From positions 39,556,001 through 39,620,000 of the forward strand of contig OZ024748.1 of the NCBI GenBank assembly GCA_964016885.1: a stretch of DNA of 64,000 nt. Reading direction: 5' to 3'. The translations under genes were made by a program, and so were the position numbers. Within the stretch, counting starts at the first letter, position 1. Each line of letters starts with the position of its first letter. Of this stretch, positions 50,829 to 64,000 are shown piece by piece. The notes under the pieces are model-generated. The model had not been told where the DNA came from, made no database searches, and was given only the letters and a program-made list of their open reading frames with translations. The DNA is from Eledone cirrhosa (Eukaryota).

Positions 50829-52355
50829 TAATAAAAACAATGAATAAAAACAAAGAAACAATTCCTTATATTAACAAATTCATCATTTTACGATCGTTTC
50901 TAGGATATATATGTGTGTGTTGGTATGTATATCATATAGATCTATGTAAGCATTTTACAAACTATCAGAGGAAATATACATACCTACACATATATATGCT
51001 GAATATATGAAATAATTGTTTCTATTTTAGGCACAAGGCCAGCAATTATCCAGTACATTACTGGTACTTTATTTTATCGACCCCGTAAGGATGAAAGGCA
51101 AAGTTAACCTCGGCGGGATTTGAACTCAGATCATAAAGGGACGTAACTCTATGCTTCAAAGCATGGTGTCCGACTCTCTACCGATACTGCCAATCCACCG
51201 CTGAATATATGAAATAATGATATCTGTTTATTGAAAAACACCAACAAAGATTTAATATAATAAGTCTGTTTGGGAACAGGTTTTTAATTGACCAATAGAA
51301 GAGTAGTAAGTGGTCAAGTTGATAGAATAGTAGTAGTAGAAATTTAATTTAGGGGTAGAGGAATGCAGACTTCAGTTTTGAAGGGAAATAATACTTTGAA
51401 TGAAAAGATTACTTTGGGGATGAAAAGAGGTCAAGCCGGTGAAAGGTACACGAAAATTTTATGTTATTAAAGAATAATGCTAATGTTAAAATCGAAGGAG
51501 AATAAAATTTTAGGATAAATGTGTTAGTGAGAAATACCAATCTTATTAAAAACATAAGGAATTTAGATCTATAAAAAGAAATTAAATTAATTAATAGGTA
51601 TACTTATAGGGATAAATTTATATTAATTCATATAGATGTGATAAATAAGAGTTAGATGTTATTAAAGAATGTTGTTAAAAACGAAGGAAAAGAATTGGGG
51701 GAGGGGGATAAATGTATTAGTGAGAAATAACAAACTTATATAGACTACAAGGAATTTAGATTCATAACAGGAAATTAAAATAGTTTATATGTATACTTAT
51801 AGGTATTAATTTTAGGAAAAGATAGCTGTAACAGGGAAATAAAATTATGAAGTTCTCAGTAGTAAAATACTAATTATAGGTTAACTAAATTTAAAAAAAG
51901 CTAATTATAAGAATTTGTAATATAAAAGTGTATATTAATTAGGTTTATAATATTTGAAAGTTCTTCTAATTCTATGATTGCACGATATAATTAATTCTTG
52001 TCGCTTCTTTAATAGGATATCCTTAGATTTCATTATTTCAAAAAGTTCCTGGGAACATAATCTACACTCATATCTGTTATTTTGATAAGGGATGGCCCTT
52101 CTGAGCACACTCCAGGTCAGGTTATAATCGATATACTTTTTTCTATAATTATTAATTATTTCAGCCAAGGATGTTATATTAGCTAATGCGGCATTTCTAA
52201 ACTGTGTTTGTGGGTATTAAATCTTACTTTAAATTGGTTAGAAGTAGCTCCTATATATGAATAAGTTGAGTCCTTAGTGCTAATTTTACATTTATATACT
52301 ATGCTATTAATAAGGCAATTTCCTTTTAATGGGCAATTTGCATTGTTTCTCAAGG
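50829..52355 (-). mobile_element. Penelope-like remnant (GIY-YIG endonuclease plus pseudo-LTR); the pseudo-LTR recurs inverted at 56178-56821
   Basis: NCPLKGNCLINSIVYKCKI..YIGATSNQFKVRFNTH..WSVLRRAIPY..CRLCSQE..LLKKRQELIISCNHR. Confidence 0.8.
51017..51199 (-). mobile_element. SINE insertion with a ~19-bp target-site duplication
   Basis: Flanked by GCTGAATATATGAAATAAT (50998 and 51200); absent from the inverted sister copy near 56640. Confidence 0.85.
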
Positions 52356-53546
52356 ATCAATTTCCCCCTCGTCCTTCTGCATATGAAAGTCTGCTGTCCA
52401 GGTTGGTGGTTTGCGACTTCTTTGCAATCTCCGCAGTGTTGGGGCGGCACTTTGGGTTTCCTCTTCCTCGGAGTCCGTTGACACAGTGATTCTACGGACA
52501 TCCAGGACATGACGTGGTACTCCGTCCAAGGACACATTGTTCTGGGAATTTACGGCCGTCACCGTTCCCCTTCCCCATTGAGATGTGCAACGTGCATATG
52601 GGGGCTTAACCCAGACTTCTTCGCCCACCTGCACGAATGCACTCTCTCTCCCCACTGGCCGTTGTGATGGCGTGCACGGGTGCCGCCACTCGTATCTGAA
52701 TACTGCTCTGTGTGGCACCGATTCCTTGACCTGTCTCACCCGAGGGGACATGTTGTACCAGAACACTGCCTCCATTGGTGAGATATGGCCGTGCTCCGCC
52801 ATTGCCTTGATCGTCCGGTGGTGTCGCTCTACAATTCCATTCCCGCTCGGCCTGTGCGCTGCTCTGAAGAAACGGTCCACCTTCCATCCATCGAGCATCT
52901 CCCTCAGCGCCTCCGAGCGCAACGCTGCGCTGTTGTCCATCAGCAGTTCGTCCACAGGGTCCCACTCCAAGAACACCTCTCTCAACGTCCGCATGATTTC
53001 CTCGGCCGTTCCAGTCTTCATCTCCCTCCATATCGCCATCCGTCCTGATCCACAGTCGACCATCGAGAGGTACGTTCCCTGTCGGTAGTGCGTTACATCC
53101 ACCGCCAATCGCTTCCAGTCGCGATCCACCGGGAGGCTTCCCGTTTCGTGCACACCCGGGGCGGGATCAATGGACTGACATCGGACGCAGCCTCTAACCA
53201 CCCTTTGAACACTGTGTCTGTTAACGTCCGAGTCGATTCTCCTGGCTAGGAACAGGCTCCTATCCACTCCCATGTGGTGCATGTCATGCAATCCTTTCAG
53301 ATCCGACTCGGTCAGCCGACACACGGCAGCTATCTCATCATCTACCTCCTCCGGTGCTTCCATCCAGGCTTTATTCACCCTAGTTAAGACGTCCGCCCTA
53401 TTTTTCTCTGAGAGCACGAAAACTACACTCAGCCTCAGGTCGAACTCGGTGACCAGCTCTCCTAAAGTTCCCAGGCGGCGCTTTATCAGCATCTCCGCCG
53501 CCCCTCTCGTTCGCACTCTCTTCTCACTGGTGAGCACTGATCTCAC
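52350..53546 (-). CDS. Gypsy integrase (HHCC zinc finger plus DDE core)
   Basis: HDMHHMG..CVRCQ, LAVDVTH, LMDNS, GNGIVERHHRTIK. Confidence 0.85.
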   Translation of the reverse strand: MRSVLTSEKRVRTRGAAEMLIKRRLGTLGELVTEFDLRLSVVFVLSEKNRADVLTRVNKAWMEAPEEVDDEIAAVCRLTESDLKGLHDMHHMGVDRSLFLARRIDSDVNRHSVQRVVRGCVRCQSIDPAPGVHETGSLPVDRDWKRLAVDVTHYRQGTYLSMVDCGSGRMAIWREMKTGTAEEIMRTLREVFLEWDPVDELLMDNSAALRSEALREMLDGWKVDRFFRAAHRPSGNGIVERHHRTIKAMAEHGHISPMEAVFWYNMSPRVRQVKESVPHRAVFRYEWRHPCTPSQRPVGRESAFVQVGEEVWVKPPYARCTSQWGRGTVTAVNSQNNVSLDGVPRHVLDVRRITVSTDSEEEETQSAAPTLRRLQRSRKPPTWTADFHMQKDEGEIDP

Positions 53547-56171
53547 CCATCCGAGTACAGTAGCCGAGTCGGTGCGTATCTCGATGGATGCGCATTCCCC
53601 ACCTCAGGGCGAGGTTCACCCCTCTCAACACTGCGTCCAGTTCGGCTACATTGATGTGGTTGCAGTCGTCCTTCTTCCTAAGCCAGGCTGCATCCTCGAC
53701 CTCAACACCTCCTATCTCCAACGTGACACCCAGCGCTATGCTGCTGGCATCGCACCATACGGTCCCGCTCTGTGATTTGGGAACATACAACCCTCCCCAC
53801 GATCTCCTGCATCATGGCCATCTCTTGACATAGCTGCATGCCGTCCGGAGCCACCCAGCAATCGGTTATTCACCCACCAACTTTCCACACACCGAGAAAA
53901 GCTCCCGCCTACTAATACTTGGGCCCAGTTCTGGAACTTCATTTCCCCTCTGGAATACCAAGACGCCCGTCCTGTCTCGCCGTAGCCTAAGTCCCAGCGC
54001 GGCTCCTCCCTCCAACGCTTCTGACGGCTTCGCAGCCAGTCCATACCCCTGTAAATGGCTCGTGACCTCCGCCGCCGACACCACAAACTCGTCCACTAGG
54101 ATGTCGTCAATGTAGGAGTTAGTGGCCCTCTTCATCTTGTCGGCCTTTCCCAGAATGGCCTTGAGGACCGCCGCCATGATCTTCGATGCGGAGCTGAGCC
54201 CGAAACCGAGCCTGGTCAGGCAATGTGTCCGGCCCTTATACCTGACCAGCTGATACTGCCAGAGCTTCTCATCTATATGCAATTGCAAGTATGCCGACTT
54301 TAGATCTACGATTGCTGAACCCCCCGTCATGCGTCTCCACTCACGCAGGGTTTCCCCCACAGACATCCGTGACCTCGCCACTCGTGTGGCATGACACGTG
54401 CTCGTTCAGCTCCCGAAGGTCCAGCACCGGCCTCACCTTGTTCTTCGTGGGTTGCGCCACCGCCATTAACGACAATACTCCGCACTTCACCTCCTCTTTC
54501 CAGGGAAGCAGTATGCCCTCCTCAATCCATCTCTCTACCTCTCTCTCGAACTCGCCCCTAATGTTTCCCTTCAATGTGTGTTGATAGCAGCCCACTTTGG
54601 TCTTCAGTGTTGGTGGTTCTCCCTTCCAGTACCACTCAACAACCCATCGCTGCCTATCGAACACGGCCTTGAAGTCTTTGTCCTGCACAGTGTAAGCGGG
54701 GTATTTCTCCTCGTGGGCCTTCTGGTTCTCCTGTCGCGTACTCACAGCGCATACCGATGCAGCTGCGCCAAACGGCACACCGACGTTGTTCACTGTGACG
54801 CCTCCTAGACGGCGAATTGCTTCCATGCCCATAACCACGCCGATCCCATCCACCAGGCTGTCTACTACGATGGCAGAAAGCCTTATTTTCCTTCCCCGTA
54901 CCGCTATTTCCATCTCGCTGCGATCTCGGCATTCAATTTTCCTGCCATCGACTGCCCTTACGCTGCTATTCCCTCTTCACCTCTGCGCCACCCCCGCGAT
55001 CACCAGTGTCGTCGTACAACCCGTGTCCACGAGGGCTCGCTGTGGCTTTCCCCTCACGAAGACACCCACCACGGAGAGCGCCTCTACTCGTAACGGGCAA
55101 CTACCGGCGCAGTAGTTCCCCTTGGATCGATTCCCTGGTCGCAGTTAGTAGCGATGTGGCCTGGTCGCTTACACCGGTAGCATATTATTTCCGGCCTTGA
55201 CTCTCTGCACTCTCTAGCCATGTGCGGGCCCTGGCACCGAAAACAGCGACCTCTAAACGTTCGCGGGCGACCGCGTGCCGTGGTTGCCTACCTTTCACCA
55301 TTTCGCTGCCAGCTGTCTTGAGCCTCTGTAGTTGCTATCGCCGCGACACTCTTCTTGGAATCTTCTGCTATGATCCGGGCTATTTCCACCAGTGAACGCA
55401 TTTCCATTTCTTTGTAACCCGCGACTTGCTGCAGTTTCACCGCTATCTCGTCTGGAAATCCATTTATGAACGCCAACCGCACCGTGCGTTCGCATTCCAC
55501 CTGATGGCCAATCGCGGTATTTCCGCTGCGAAAAGGTCAACGCGTTCACCGTTCCATCTAATTATTGCCAGCTTAGCGAAAGCGGCTAACGGTCCCTCTG
55601 CGAACGCTTCCATCATGCGCCTCTCAATCTTTTGCGCATCTCTTTGGCTGTGTTCGTCCAACTCAAGGAAGAGTACCAACGCGTCCCACTCGAGGTACAG
55701 TGCCATGAGGCCAGCCACATCTTCTATCTTCTGCAAGCTTGCGACCAGCCGGAATTTTCGCAGCCAAGCGACAACATCACTTTCCCCGGTAAATGCCCTC
55801 TTCTAATTAGTCTTGCGGTACGTGATAAACAAAAACAACAGACTCCTCTCTGTTTTTCCAGTTGCTTTTTTTTTTTTTTTTTTTCAATCAGATCTCAGTT
55901 TCCAGTGCCGAAATAGCTTGTGGTTAGAAAAAGCTATCTCACCGCTTTTCATAGGCGCAGCTAAATCCCACTGCTGGTTTCTCTTCTTCCACGTGCGTCC
56001 AACTCCTTAACACCGGGAGCTGCCAAAACTCGCGTCCACACCGTTGCTGGTCACCACTAGAGAGAGGCCGATCTGCTGGCACTTCCGGTCGAGCATCCTT
56101 CCGGCCAAGCACCCTTCCGGTCGAGCACTCCCCCGCTTCCGGCCACCGCACGCCACACCATATCCACATCA
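52356..56171 (-). mobile_element. Gypsy/Ty3 LTR retrotransposon, frameshifted; probable 5' LTR at ~56171-55820, 3' LTR missing
   Basis: GC-rich block with domain order gag (CFRCQGPHMAREC), protease (ALVDTG), RT (VDLKSAYLQ, YIDD), RNase H (CDAS, AELDAV), integrase. Polypurine tract GAGGGGGAAA at ~52370-52361. Confidence 0.9.
53866..54913 (-). pseudogene. Gypsy reverse transcriptase, frameshifted near 54350
   Basis: KVRPVLDLRELN, then VDLKSAYLQ, RLGFGLSSA, SYIDDILV. Confidence 0.8.
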
Positions 56172-56952
56172 ATTAAATCTTTAATAGCATCTAACTCTTA
56201 TTTATCACATCTATATGAATTGATATAAATGTATCCCTATAAGTATACCTATCAATTAAATTAATTTAATTTCTTTTTATAGATCTAAATTCATTATATT
56301 TTTAATAAGATTGGTATTTTTCACTAACATATTTATCCTAAAATGTTATTCTCCTTCGATTTTAACATTAGCATTATTCTTTAATAACATACAATTTTCG
56401 TGTACCTTTCACCGGCTTGACCTCTTTTCATCCCCAAAGTAATCTTTTCATTCAAAGTATTATTTACATTCAAAACTGAAGTCTGCATTCCTCTACTCCT
56501 AAATTAAACTTCTACTACTACTATTCTATCAACTTGACCACTTACTACTCTTCTATTGGTCAATTAAAAACCTGTTCCCAAACAGACTTATTATATTAAA
56601 TCTTTGTTGGTGTTTTTCAATAAACAAATATCATTATTTCATATATTCAGCATATATATGTGTAGGTATGTATATTCCCTCTGATAGTTTGTAAAATGTT
56701 TACATAGATCTATATGATATACATACCAACACACACATATATATCCTAGAAACGATCGTAAAATGATGAATTTGTTAATATAAGGAACTGTTTCTTTGTT
56801 TTTATTCATTGTTTTTATTAATTTATCTTGACTCTGTTTTCCTGTGATTTTCATTGAAAACATTTTTTAATACATCTTTTCTTTTCATGATATTTGGATT
56901 ACATTGAGTTCTTCATACGGATTGGACACTACCATATATTTTGGTAGATTTA

Positions 56953-56992
<40 letters not shown>

Positions 56993-57042
56993 AGTAAGTA
57001 AGTTTTTAAACAGTGAGCGAGTTTGAAATTAGAAATATAAGT

Positions 57043-57713
57043 TTTCACCGTATTTTTTACTAATAAATTTTTAGGCTGATAATGGGGTTTAGAACCCTCA
57101 GATAAATGGAAAAAGATGAGTATTGACGTACGTGGAAGGTCAATACTCATCTTTTTCTATTTCTCTGAGGGTTCTAAACCCCACTATCAGGGTAAACATT
57201 TCTTTAGACAAAGTACGGTGAACGCATATATATATATATAAGGAAAAAAGATGAAATCGTAAATGCAACTGGAGTCTTTTTTTATAAAAATATATATTTA
57301 TTTGGTTCCTTCACCGGTTTCGCAGTTTTTCTGCTTTTCAAAAGTAGAATTGAGATGAAGGGTTTGTGGTTTTTCTAACATCTAGTTGGTGTTTGAATGT
57401 TACTTCTGTTTTATATGGAAAAAAGTGGCTCGAAATGCTAGGTTTTTAGAGAAGTAATTTGGTTGGTTTCCATATAAAACAGAAGTAACATTCAAACACC
57501 AATCAGATGAGAGAAAAACCACAAACCTTCCATCTCAATTCTACTTTTGAAAAGCAAAAGAACTGCGAAACCGGTAAGGGAAGCAAATAGATATATATTT
57601 AAAAAAAAAAAGACTCCAGTTGCATTTTCGATTTCATCTTTTTTCCTTATACTTTCACTCGTGTAGGACATCTCGTTTTTTTTTTCATTTTGGAAAAAAC
57701 CCCTCATTTTCTA

Positions 57714-57803
<90 letters not shown>

Positions 57804-57933
57804 GAAAAAGTATGACCCCGACGGCAGAGCTCAAGCCGTTTCGACGGCAGAGCTCAAGCCGTTTCGACGGCTATTTCTGGACTGAATTAGCCGTCGAAAC
57901 AGCTTTAGTTCTGCCGTCGGGGTCATACTTTTC
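57043..57933. repeat. Cluster of three inverted repeats (57043-57223; 57239-57420 with 57467-57650; 57805-57933) derived from PLE pseudo-LTRs
   Basis: Reverse-complement arms seen directly; two of the three contain hammerhead or half-hammerhead motifs. Confidence 0.75.
57543..57580 (+). ncRNA. Minimal hammerhead motif, U3:A8 variant; inverted sister at ~57308-57346
   Basis: CTT-TTGAAAA-GCA(AAAGAAC)TGC-GAAA-CCGG-TA-AGG; stem I is weak. Confidence 0.5.
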
Positions 57934-58013
57934 CTATTTCCCACTCTACTACCCTAAGTATTGAGTACTCTGGTGCGTTATGGTCCATCTGGTTCCTTTC
58001 CAGAATTCTTTTG

Positions 58014-58083
<70 letters not shown>

Positions 58084-58373
58084 GTACGTATTTTCGTGTA
58101 TTTGATGACTGACAAAATAAAATAAAATTTCTGAGTGAATTGTGAACCAAATGATGGATAAATCAACAATTAAAAAAGAGATATATAAATATGTAAGTAA
58201 ATGATGGAATAATGGCCGCATGGGTAAAGAAAGTAGGCTGTTGTTGGTAACAACCGGTCATTGTTTGTTCATACTCTTAGAACATGTCAATTCTTTACGT
58301 GCATACACACCCTCCATTATTTACATATTCTCACGACCACCTCTGTGTTTATATACATATATGTATATATATA

Positions 58374-58451
<78 letters not shown>

Positions 58452-58499
58452 ATGCCCAAATGATGTTGGCATCACCTTTAGTGTACACCCAAGGTTGGG

Positions 58500-58848
58500 C
58501 CCCGTGCTATCCGGCCACGACAAAAATCCCACTCGCATCACATAACAACAATACGGCACAATTATTTCACCTAAATTGACCCTGCACTCTTTAACATTAC
58601 ACCAAAACACATCAAAGCAGAAACAGACCACATCAAGTTCAAGAAGTCTTTGGACAAATTCCTTCAAGAAATCCCGGATAAGCCGCCTACAACCGGATAT
58701 GCCTCCGAAAACAATAACTCTCTGCTCGATTGGGCCATGGTGCTCAAACACTGATTTGTTCGACTTCGCCAGGTGGTGCTATTAAGTTAGACATGGACAG
58801 TGCCCATACTGGCCGAAACCTATAAAAGTTATCAAAGTTATCAAAGTA
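58500..58848 (+). mobile_element. CR1/L2-like LINE 3' end with a short tandem tail
   Basis: PALFNITPKHIK..FKKSLDKFLQEIPDKP..NNSLLDW; tail (AAAGTTATC)n. Confidence 0.55.
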
Positions 58849-59108
58849 AATGATGAAAGAATGGGGGCATGAGTAAAGAAAGTAGGCTGTTGTTGGGACG
58901 AAACCGGTTATTGTTTGTTCATACTCTTAGAATAGTTGCAGTAATCATATAGAGCTAAAATACGTGGTTGTCGGACGGTAAATAGGTGACCTGTACTCTA
59001 AGAAAATCTGCAGTGTGGTGGAGTAGAATAGTTGCTCTTTATCTTTGGGTTAATCACAGCTCGTAAATATCTGTAAATATTTATTGTGCGTGTCCTTGAT
59101 ATTTTATT

Positions 59109-59314
<206 letters not shown>

Positions 59315-59379
59315 CCTGTATTAGTTGGAGTGAGGTCATATATTTTGTCGTTCCTGGGGTTTTTAACCCTAGGACAGGA

Positions 59380-59469
59380 AAATGCTTCTCTGATGATCGT
59401 TGCTTTTCCATTAATATCCTCGTGATATCTAATGTTTTGTACCGTGAAACTGTACAGTTAGGGCCATTT
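59380..59469 (+). ncRNA. Degenerate type I hammerhead; a second copy at 59904-59993 has GAAA changed to GTAA
   Basis: AAATGCTTCT-CTGATGA...GAAA-CTGTACAG-TT-AGGGCCATTT. Stem III is palindromic; stem II has mismatches. Confidence 0.5.
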
Positions 59470-60102
59470 GAATAGGTAAATATTTATATTATATTTTTTA
59501 ATTTTGATTAATTTTAATTGTATATTAATTTTGATTTATTTTGAAAAGTTGGATGAATTTTACTTGTTCCGCTTATCTTGATATTAAGTTCTGGTATATC
59601 AAATTATTACCATAGAACCACCTTAAATCATAGACACACTATATATTTCCGGGGGTACATTGTACCCTCAGATATATATTTACCTTATTCAACAATCTCC
59701 AGTATGTAGAGATAAATCTTGTCGTTCTAATTAGTTGCTAAAAATCTTTTTTAGTAGCGATCATAGACGGCTAGTCTACGATTTCCCGCCTTCACTATAC
59801 ACCAATGTATTTACGGGTCACTTTCACGACCTTTCAGACCTGTATTAGTTGGAGTGAGGTCATATATTTTGTCGTTCCTGGGGTTTTTAACCCTAGGATA
59901 GTAAAATGCTTCTCTGATGATCGTTGCTTTTCTATTAATATCCTCGTGATATCTAATGTTTTGCACCGTGTAACTGTACAGTTAGGGCCATTTGAATAGG
60001 TAAATATTTATATTATATTTTTTAATTTTGATTAATTTTAATTGTATATTAATTTTGAGTTATTTTGAAAAATTGGTTGAATTTTACTTGTTCTGCTTAT
60101 CT

Positions 60103-60161
<59 letters not shown>

Positions 60162-60944
60162 GATACACATAATAACATAATACAAGTACGTATATTCGTG
60201 TTTTTGATGACTGACAGAATGAAATAAAATTTCTGAGTGAATTGTGAAGCAAATGAGGAATAAATCAATAAATAAACAAAGAAGTATATAAATATGTAAG
60301 TAAATGATGGAATAATGGCCGCATGGGTAAAGAAAGTAGGCTGTTGTTGGTAACAACCGGTCATTGTTTGTTCATACTCTTAGAACATGTCAATTCTTTA
60401 TGTGCATACACACCCTCCATTATTTACATATTCTCACAACCACCTCTGTGTTTATATACATATATGTATATATATATATATATATATACATACATAAACA
60501 TTCCCAAATGATGTTGGCATCACCTTTAGTGCCCCGTGCTATCCGGCCACGACAAAAATCCCACTCGCATACATAACAACAATACGGCACAATTATTTCA
60601 CCTAAATTGGCCCTGCACTCTTTAACATTACACCAAAACACATCAAAGCAGAAACAGACCCCATCAAGTTCAAGAAGTTTTGGGACAATGATGGAAGAAT
60701 GGGGGCATGAGTAAAGAAAGTAGGCTGTTGTTGGGACGAAACCGGTTATTGTTTGTTCATACTCTTAGAATAGTTGCAGTAATCATATAGAGCTAAAATA
60801 CGTGGTTGTCGGACGGAAAATAGGTGATCTATACTCTAAGAAAATCTGCAGTGAGGTGGTGTAGAATTGTTGCTCTTTATCTTTGGGTTAATCACAGCTC
60901 GTAAATGTCTGTAAATATTTATTGGGTTGGTTTTCTGAACAAAC

Positions 60945-61916
60945 TCTAACCCTAACACTAACCCTAACCCTAACCCTAACACTACCCCTAACCATATTGG
61001 CCTGGTATGCTGAACAAACTCTAACTCTATCACTACGCCTAACCCTAACCCTAGCCATATTGGCCTGGTATGCTGAACAAACTCTAACCCTAACCCTAAC
61101 CCTAACTCTAAACATAACTCTGGCACTGACACTAATACTAACTCTAACCCTAACCCTAACACTAACCCTAACACTAAAACTGACTCTAACCCTAACTTTA
61201 ACCCTAACTCTAACCCTAACTTTTACTCTAACCCTAACCCTAACACTAACTCAAACTCTTAACATTACTCTAACCCTAACTCTAACCTAACTTTAACTCT
61301 AAACCTAACTCTAACCCTAACACTAGCCCTAACTCTAACTCTAACTCTGACCCTAACGCTGACCATAAATCTAAACCTAACTCTAACCCTAACTCTAACC
61401 CTAACTCTAACTCTAAGCTTAACTCTAATCCTAACTCTAACCCCACCTCTAACTCTAAACCGTAACCAAACTCTAACCCTAACTCTAACCCTAACTCTAA
61501 CCCCAACTCTAACCTAACCCTAACCCTAACCCTAACCCTAACCCTAACCCTAACCCTAACCCTAACCCTAACCCTAACCCTAACCCTAACCCTACCCTTA
61601 ACTCTAAACCTAACTCTAACCATAACTCTAACCCTAACTCTAAGCCTGAATCTAATCCTAACTCTAAACTTAACACTATCCCTAACTCTAACCCTAACTC
61701 TAACCCTAACTCTAACCCTAAATCTATCCCTAACTCTAACCCTAACCCTAACCCTAACCCTACCTCTAACTCTAACCCTAACCCTAACTCTAACCCTAAC
61801 CCTAACCCTAACTCTAACCCTAAATCTAACCCTACCTCTAACCCTACCTCTAACTCTACCCTTAACTCTGACTACAACCCTAATCAAACCCCTAACTGGT
61901 CTAACCCTAACTCTAA
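60945..61916 (-). repeat. Degenerate interstitial telomeric repeat (TTAGGG)n
   Basis: (CCCTAA)n mixed with CTCTAA and CACTAA; pure run at ~61513-61593. Confidence 0.9.
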
Positions 61917-62707
61917 CGAACCCTCAATCTAAATACTTAGAGTCCCTGGTAAAGAATAAATAAGTTAAGTGGTCCTACATCTGTTTTAATGGAAAGTAGA
62001 ACGGCGTGCTCATCTACTCTCGGGATCCAGAGTGGAATAAACGGGGTTGTGGGGAAAATCGCTAATTTTTCTAGTTTGTCTCTGTGATTCTTTCTTAAAC
62101 CAGAATTAGTCGTTTAGATTACATATTGAAACCCCCTACCCATCTTATTTAATATGGGATTTCTAGTAATGTACTTCTATTTTGTCATGTGTGATCATTT
62201 TTTTAATGTCTAAATAACATTAATTGTCGCAAGAATGCTACGACTTAAAATAATATTTCACCTGAGATAGATTAGTTAAATTTAATAAGTGGAAGTGGGT
62301 TAATCTGAAAAATTTAATTTCCAGCAACGCTCTGAGAGTATATCACATAGACACATACATCCTGGTATACATATATATATACACATACACATATACATCC
62401 AGGTATACATATATATACACATACACACATACATCCTGGTATATATAAACACACACACCCATACATATTCATCCAGGTATATATACACACACACATCCAG
62501 GTATATATATAGACACATACACACATACATCCAGGTATATATATACACACATGCACATACAAACATATAGGTATATATACACACATACACACACACAGGT
62601 ATATATATAGACACACAAACATCCAGTACAGCAAACAAGTGTTTACAGTAGAATCTTTGCTACTAAACAGATTGTTAGGAACACGTGTAATTACTGTCTG
62701 AATAAAG

Positions 62708-64000
62708 TGACAACATACTGACTATGTTAAGACATCACAACATACTGACTGTGTTAAGACATCACAACATACTGACTGTGTTAAGACATCACAACATACT
62801 GACTGTGTTAAGACATCACAACGTACTGACGGTGTTCAGACATCACAACATACTGACTGTGTTAAGACATCACAACATACTGACTATGTTAAGACATCAC
62901 AACATACTGACTGTGTTAAGACATCACAACATACTGACTGTGTTCAGACATCACAACATACTGACTGTGTTAAGACATCACAACATACTGACTATGTTCA
63001 GACATCACAACATACTGACTGTGTTCAGACATCACAACATACTGGCTGTGTTAAGACATCACAACATACTGACTGTGTAAAGACATCACAACATACTGAC
63101 TGTGTTAAAACATCACAACATACTGACTATGTTCAGACATCACAACATACTGACTATGTTCAGACATCACAACATACTGGCTGTGTTAAAACATCACAAG
63201 ATACTAGCTGTGTTAAAACATCACAACATACTGACTGTGTTAAGACATCACAACATAGTGACTGTGTTAAGACATCACAACATACTGACTGTGTTCAGAC
63301 ATCACAACATACTGACTGTGTTAAAACATCACAACATACTGACTATGTTAAGACATCACAACATACTGACTGTGTTAAGACATCACAACATACTGACTGT
63401 GTTAAGACATCACAACATACTGACTGTGTTCAGACATCACAACATACTGACTGTGTTAAGACATCACAACATACTGACTGTGTTAAGACATCACAACATA
63501 CTGACTATGTTAAGACATCACAACATACTGACTGTGTTAAGACATCACAACATACTGACTGTGTTCAGACATCACAACATACTGACTGTGTTAAGACATC
63601 ACAACATACTGACTATGTTCAGACATCACAACATACTGACTGTGTTCAGACATCACAACATACTGGCTGTGTTAAGACATCACAACATACTGACTGTGTA
63701 AAGACATCACAACATACTGACTGTGTTAAAACATCACAACATGCTGACTATGTTCAGACATCACAACATACTGACTATGTTCAGACATCACAACATACTG
63801 GCTGTGTTAAAACATCACAAGATACTAGCTGTGTTAAAACATTACAACATACTGACTGTGTTAAGACATCACAACATACTGACTGTGTTAATACATCACA
63901 ACATACTGACTGTGTTCAGACATCACAACATACTGACTGTGTTAAAACATCACAACATACTGACTATGTTAAGACATCACAACATACTGACTGTGTTAAG
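62708..64000 (+). repeat. 27-bp satellite running off the window end
   Basis: Unit GACATCACAACATACTGACTGTGTTAA. Confidence 0.95.

Noticed and set aside
58845-58915. Possible hammerhead (..TGATGA...GAAACCGGTTATTG), also at ~60686-60751
   Set aside because: Core is incomplete and stem II does not pair.
60836-61887. RV/LG/LT dipeptide ORFs, and YI-repeat ORFs elsewhere in the window
   Set aside because: Translations of telomeric and (AT)n repeats.
62724-63701. LRHHNILTV repeat ORFs; also checked for a hammerhead core
   Set aside because: A 27-bp satellite. It has only a small AACATA/TATGTT hairpin and no CUGANGA...GAAA.

Overview
AT-rich, repeat-dense animal genomic DNA. The tRNA-derived SINEs look like octopus SINE families, so a coleoid cephalopod is my inference. 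Most of the window is mobile DNA: two head-to-tail L1/Tx1-type LINEs, many Penelope-like (PLE) remnants with inverted pseudo-LTRs and hammerhead ribozymes, a PIF1-helicase Helitron, a decayed Gypsy element, LINE and mariner fragments, three satellites and degenerate (CCCTAA)n. Two things stand out. (1) The 54-bp satellite at 29928-35065 (~95 units) is a head-to-tail array in which each whole unit folds as a minimal type I hammerhead ribozyme, with a self-complementary ACGT stem I shared by neighbours. (2) The only host-type gene is a bacterial-like tryptophanase that phase-matched splice sites join into one ~960-aa two-domain chain. Domain 1 has lost the PLP lysine but keeps the trans-acting catalytic Tyr; domain 2 keeps the PLP site but has lost that Tyr. 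The gene occurs as two inverted copies, each broken in a different place. All alignments and folds were done by eye, and repeat boundaries are approximate.
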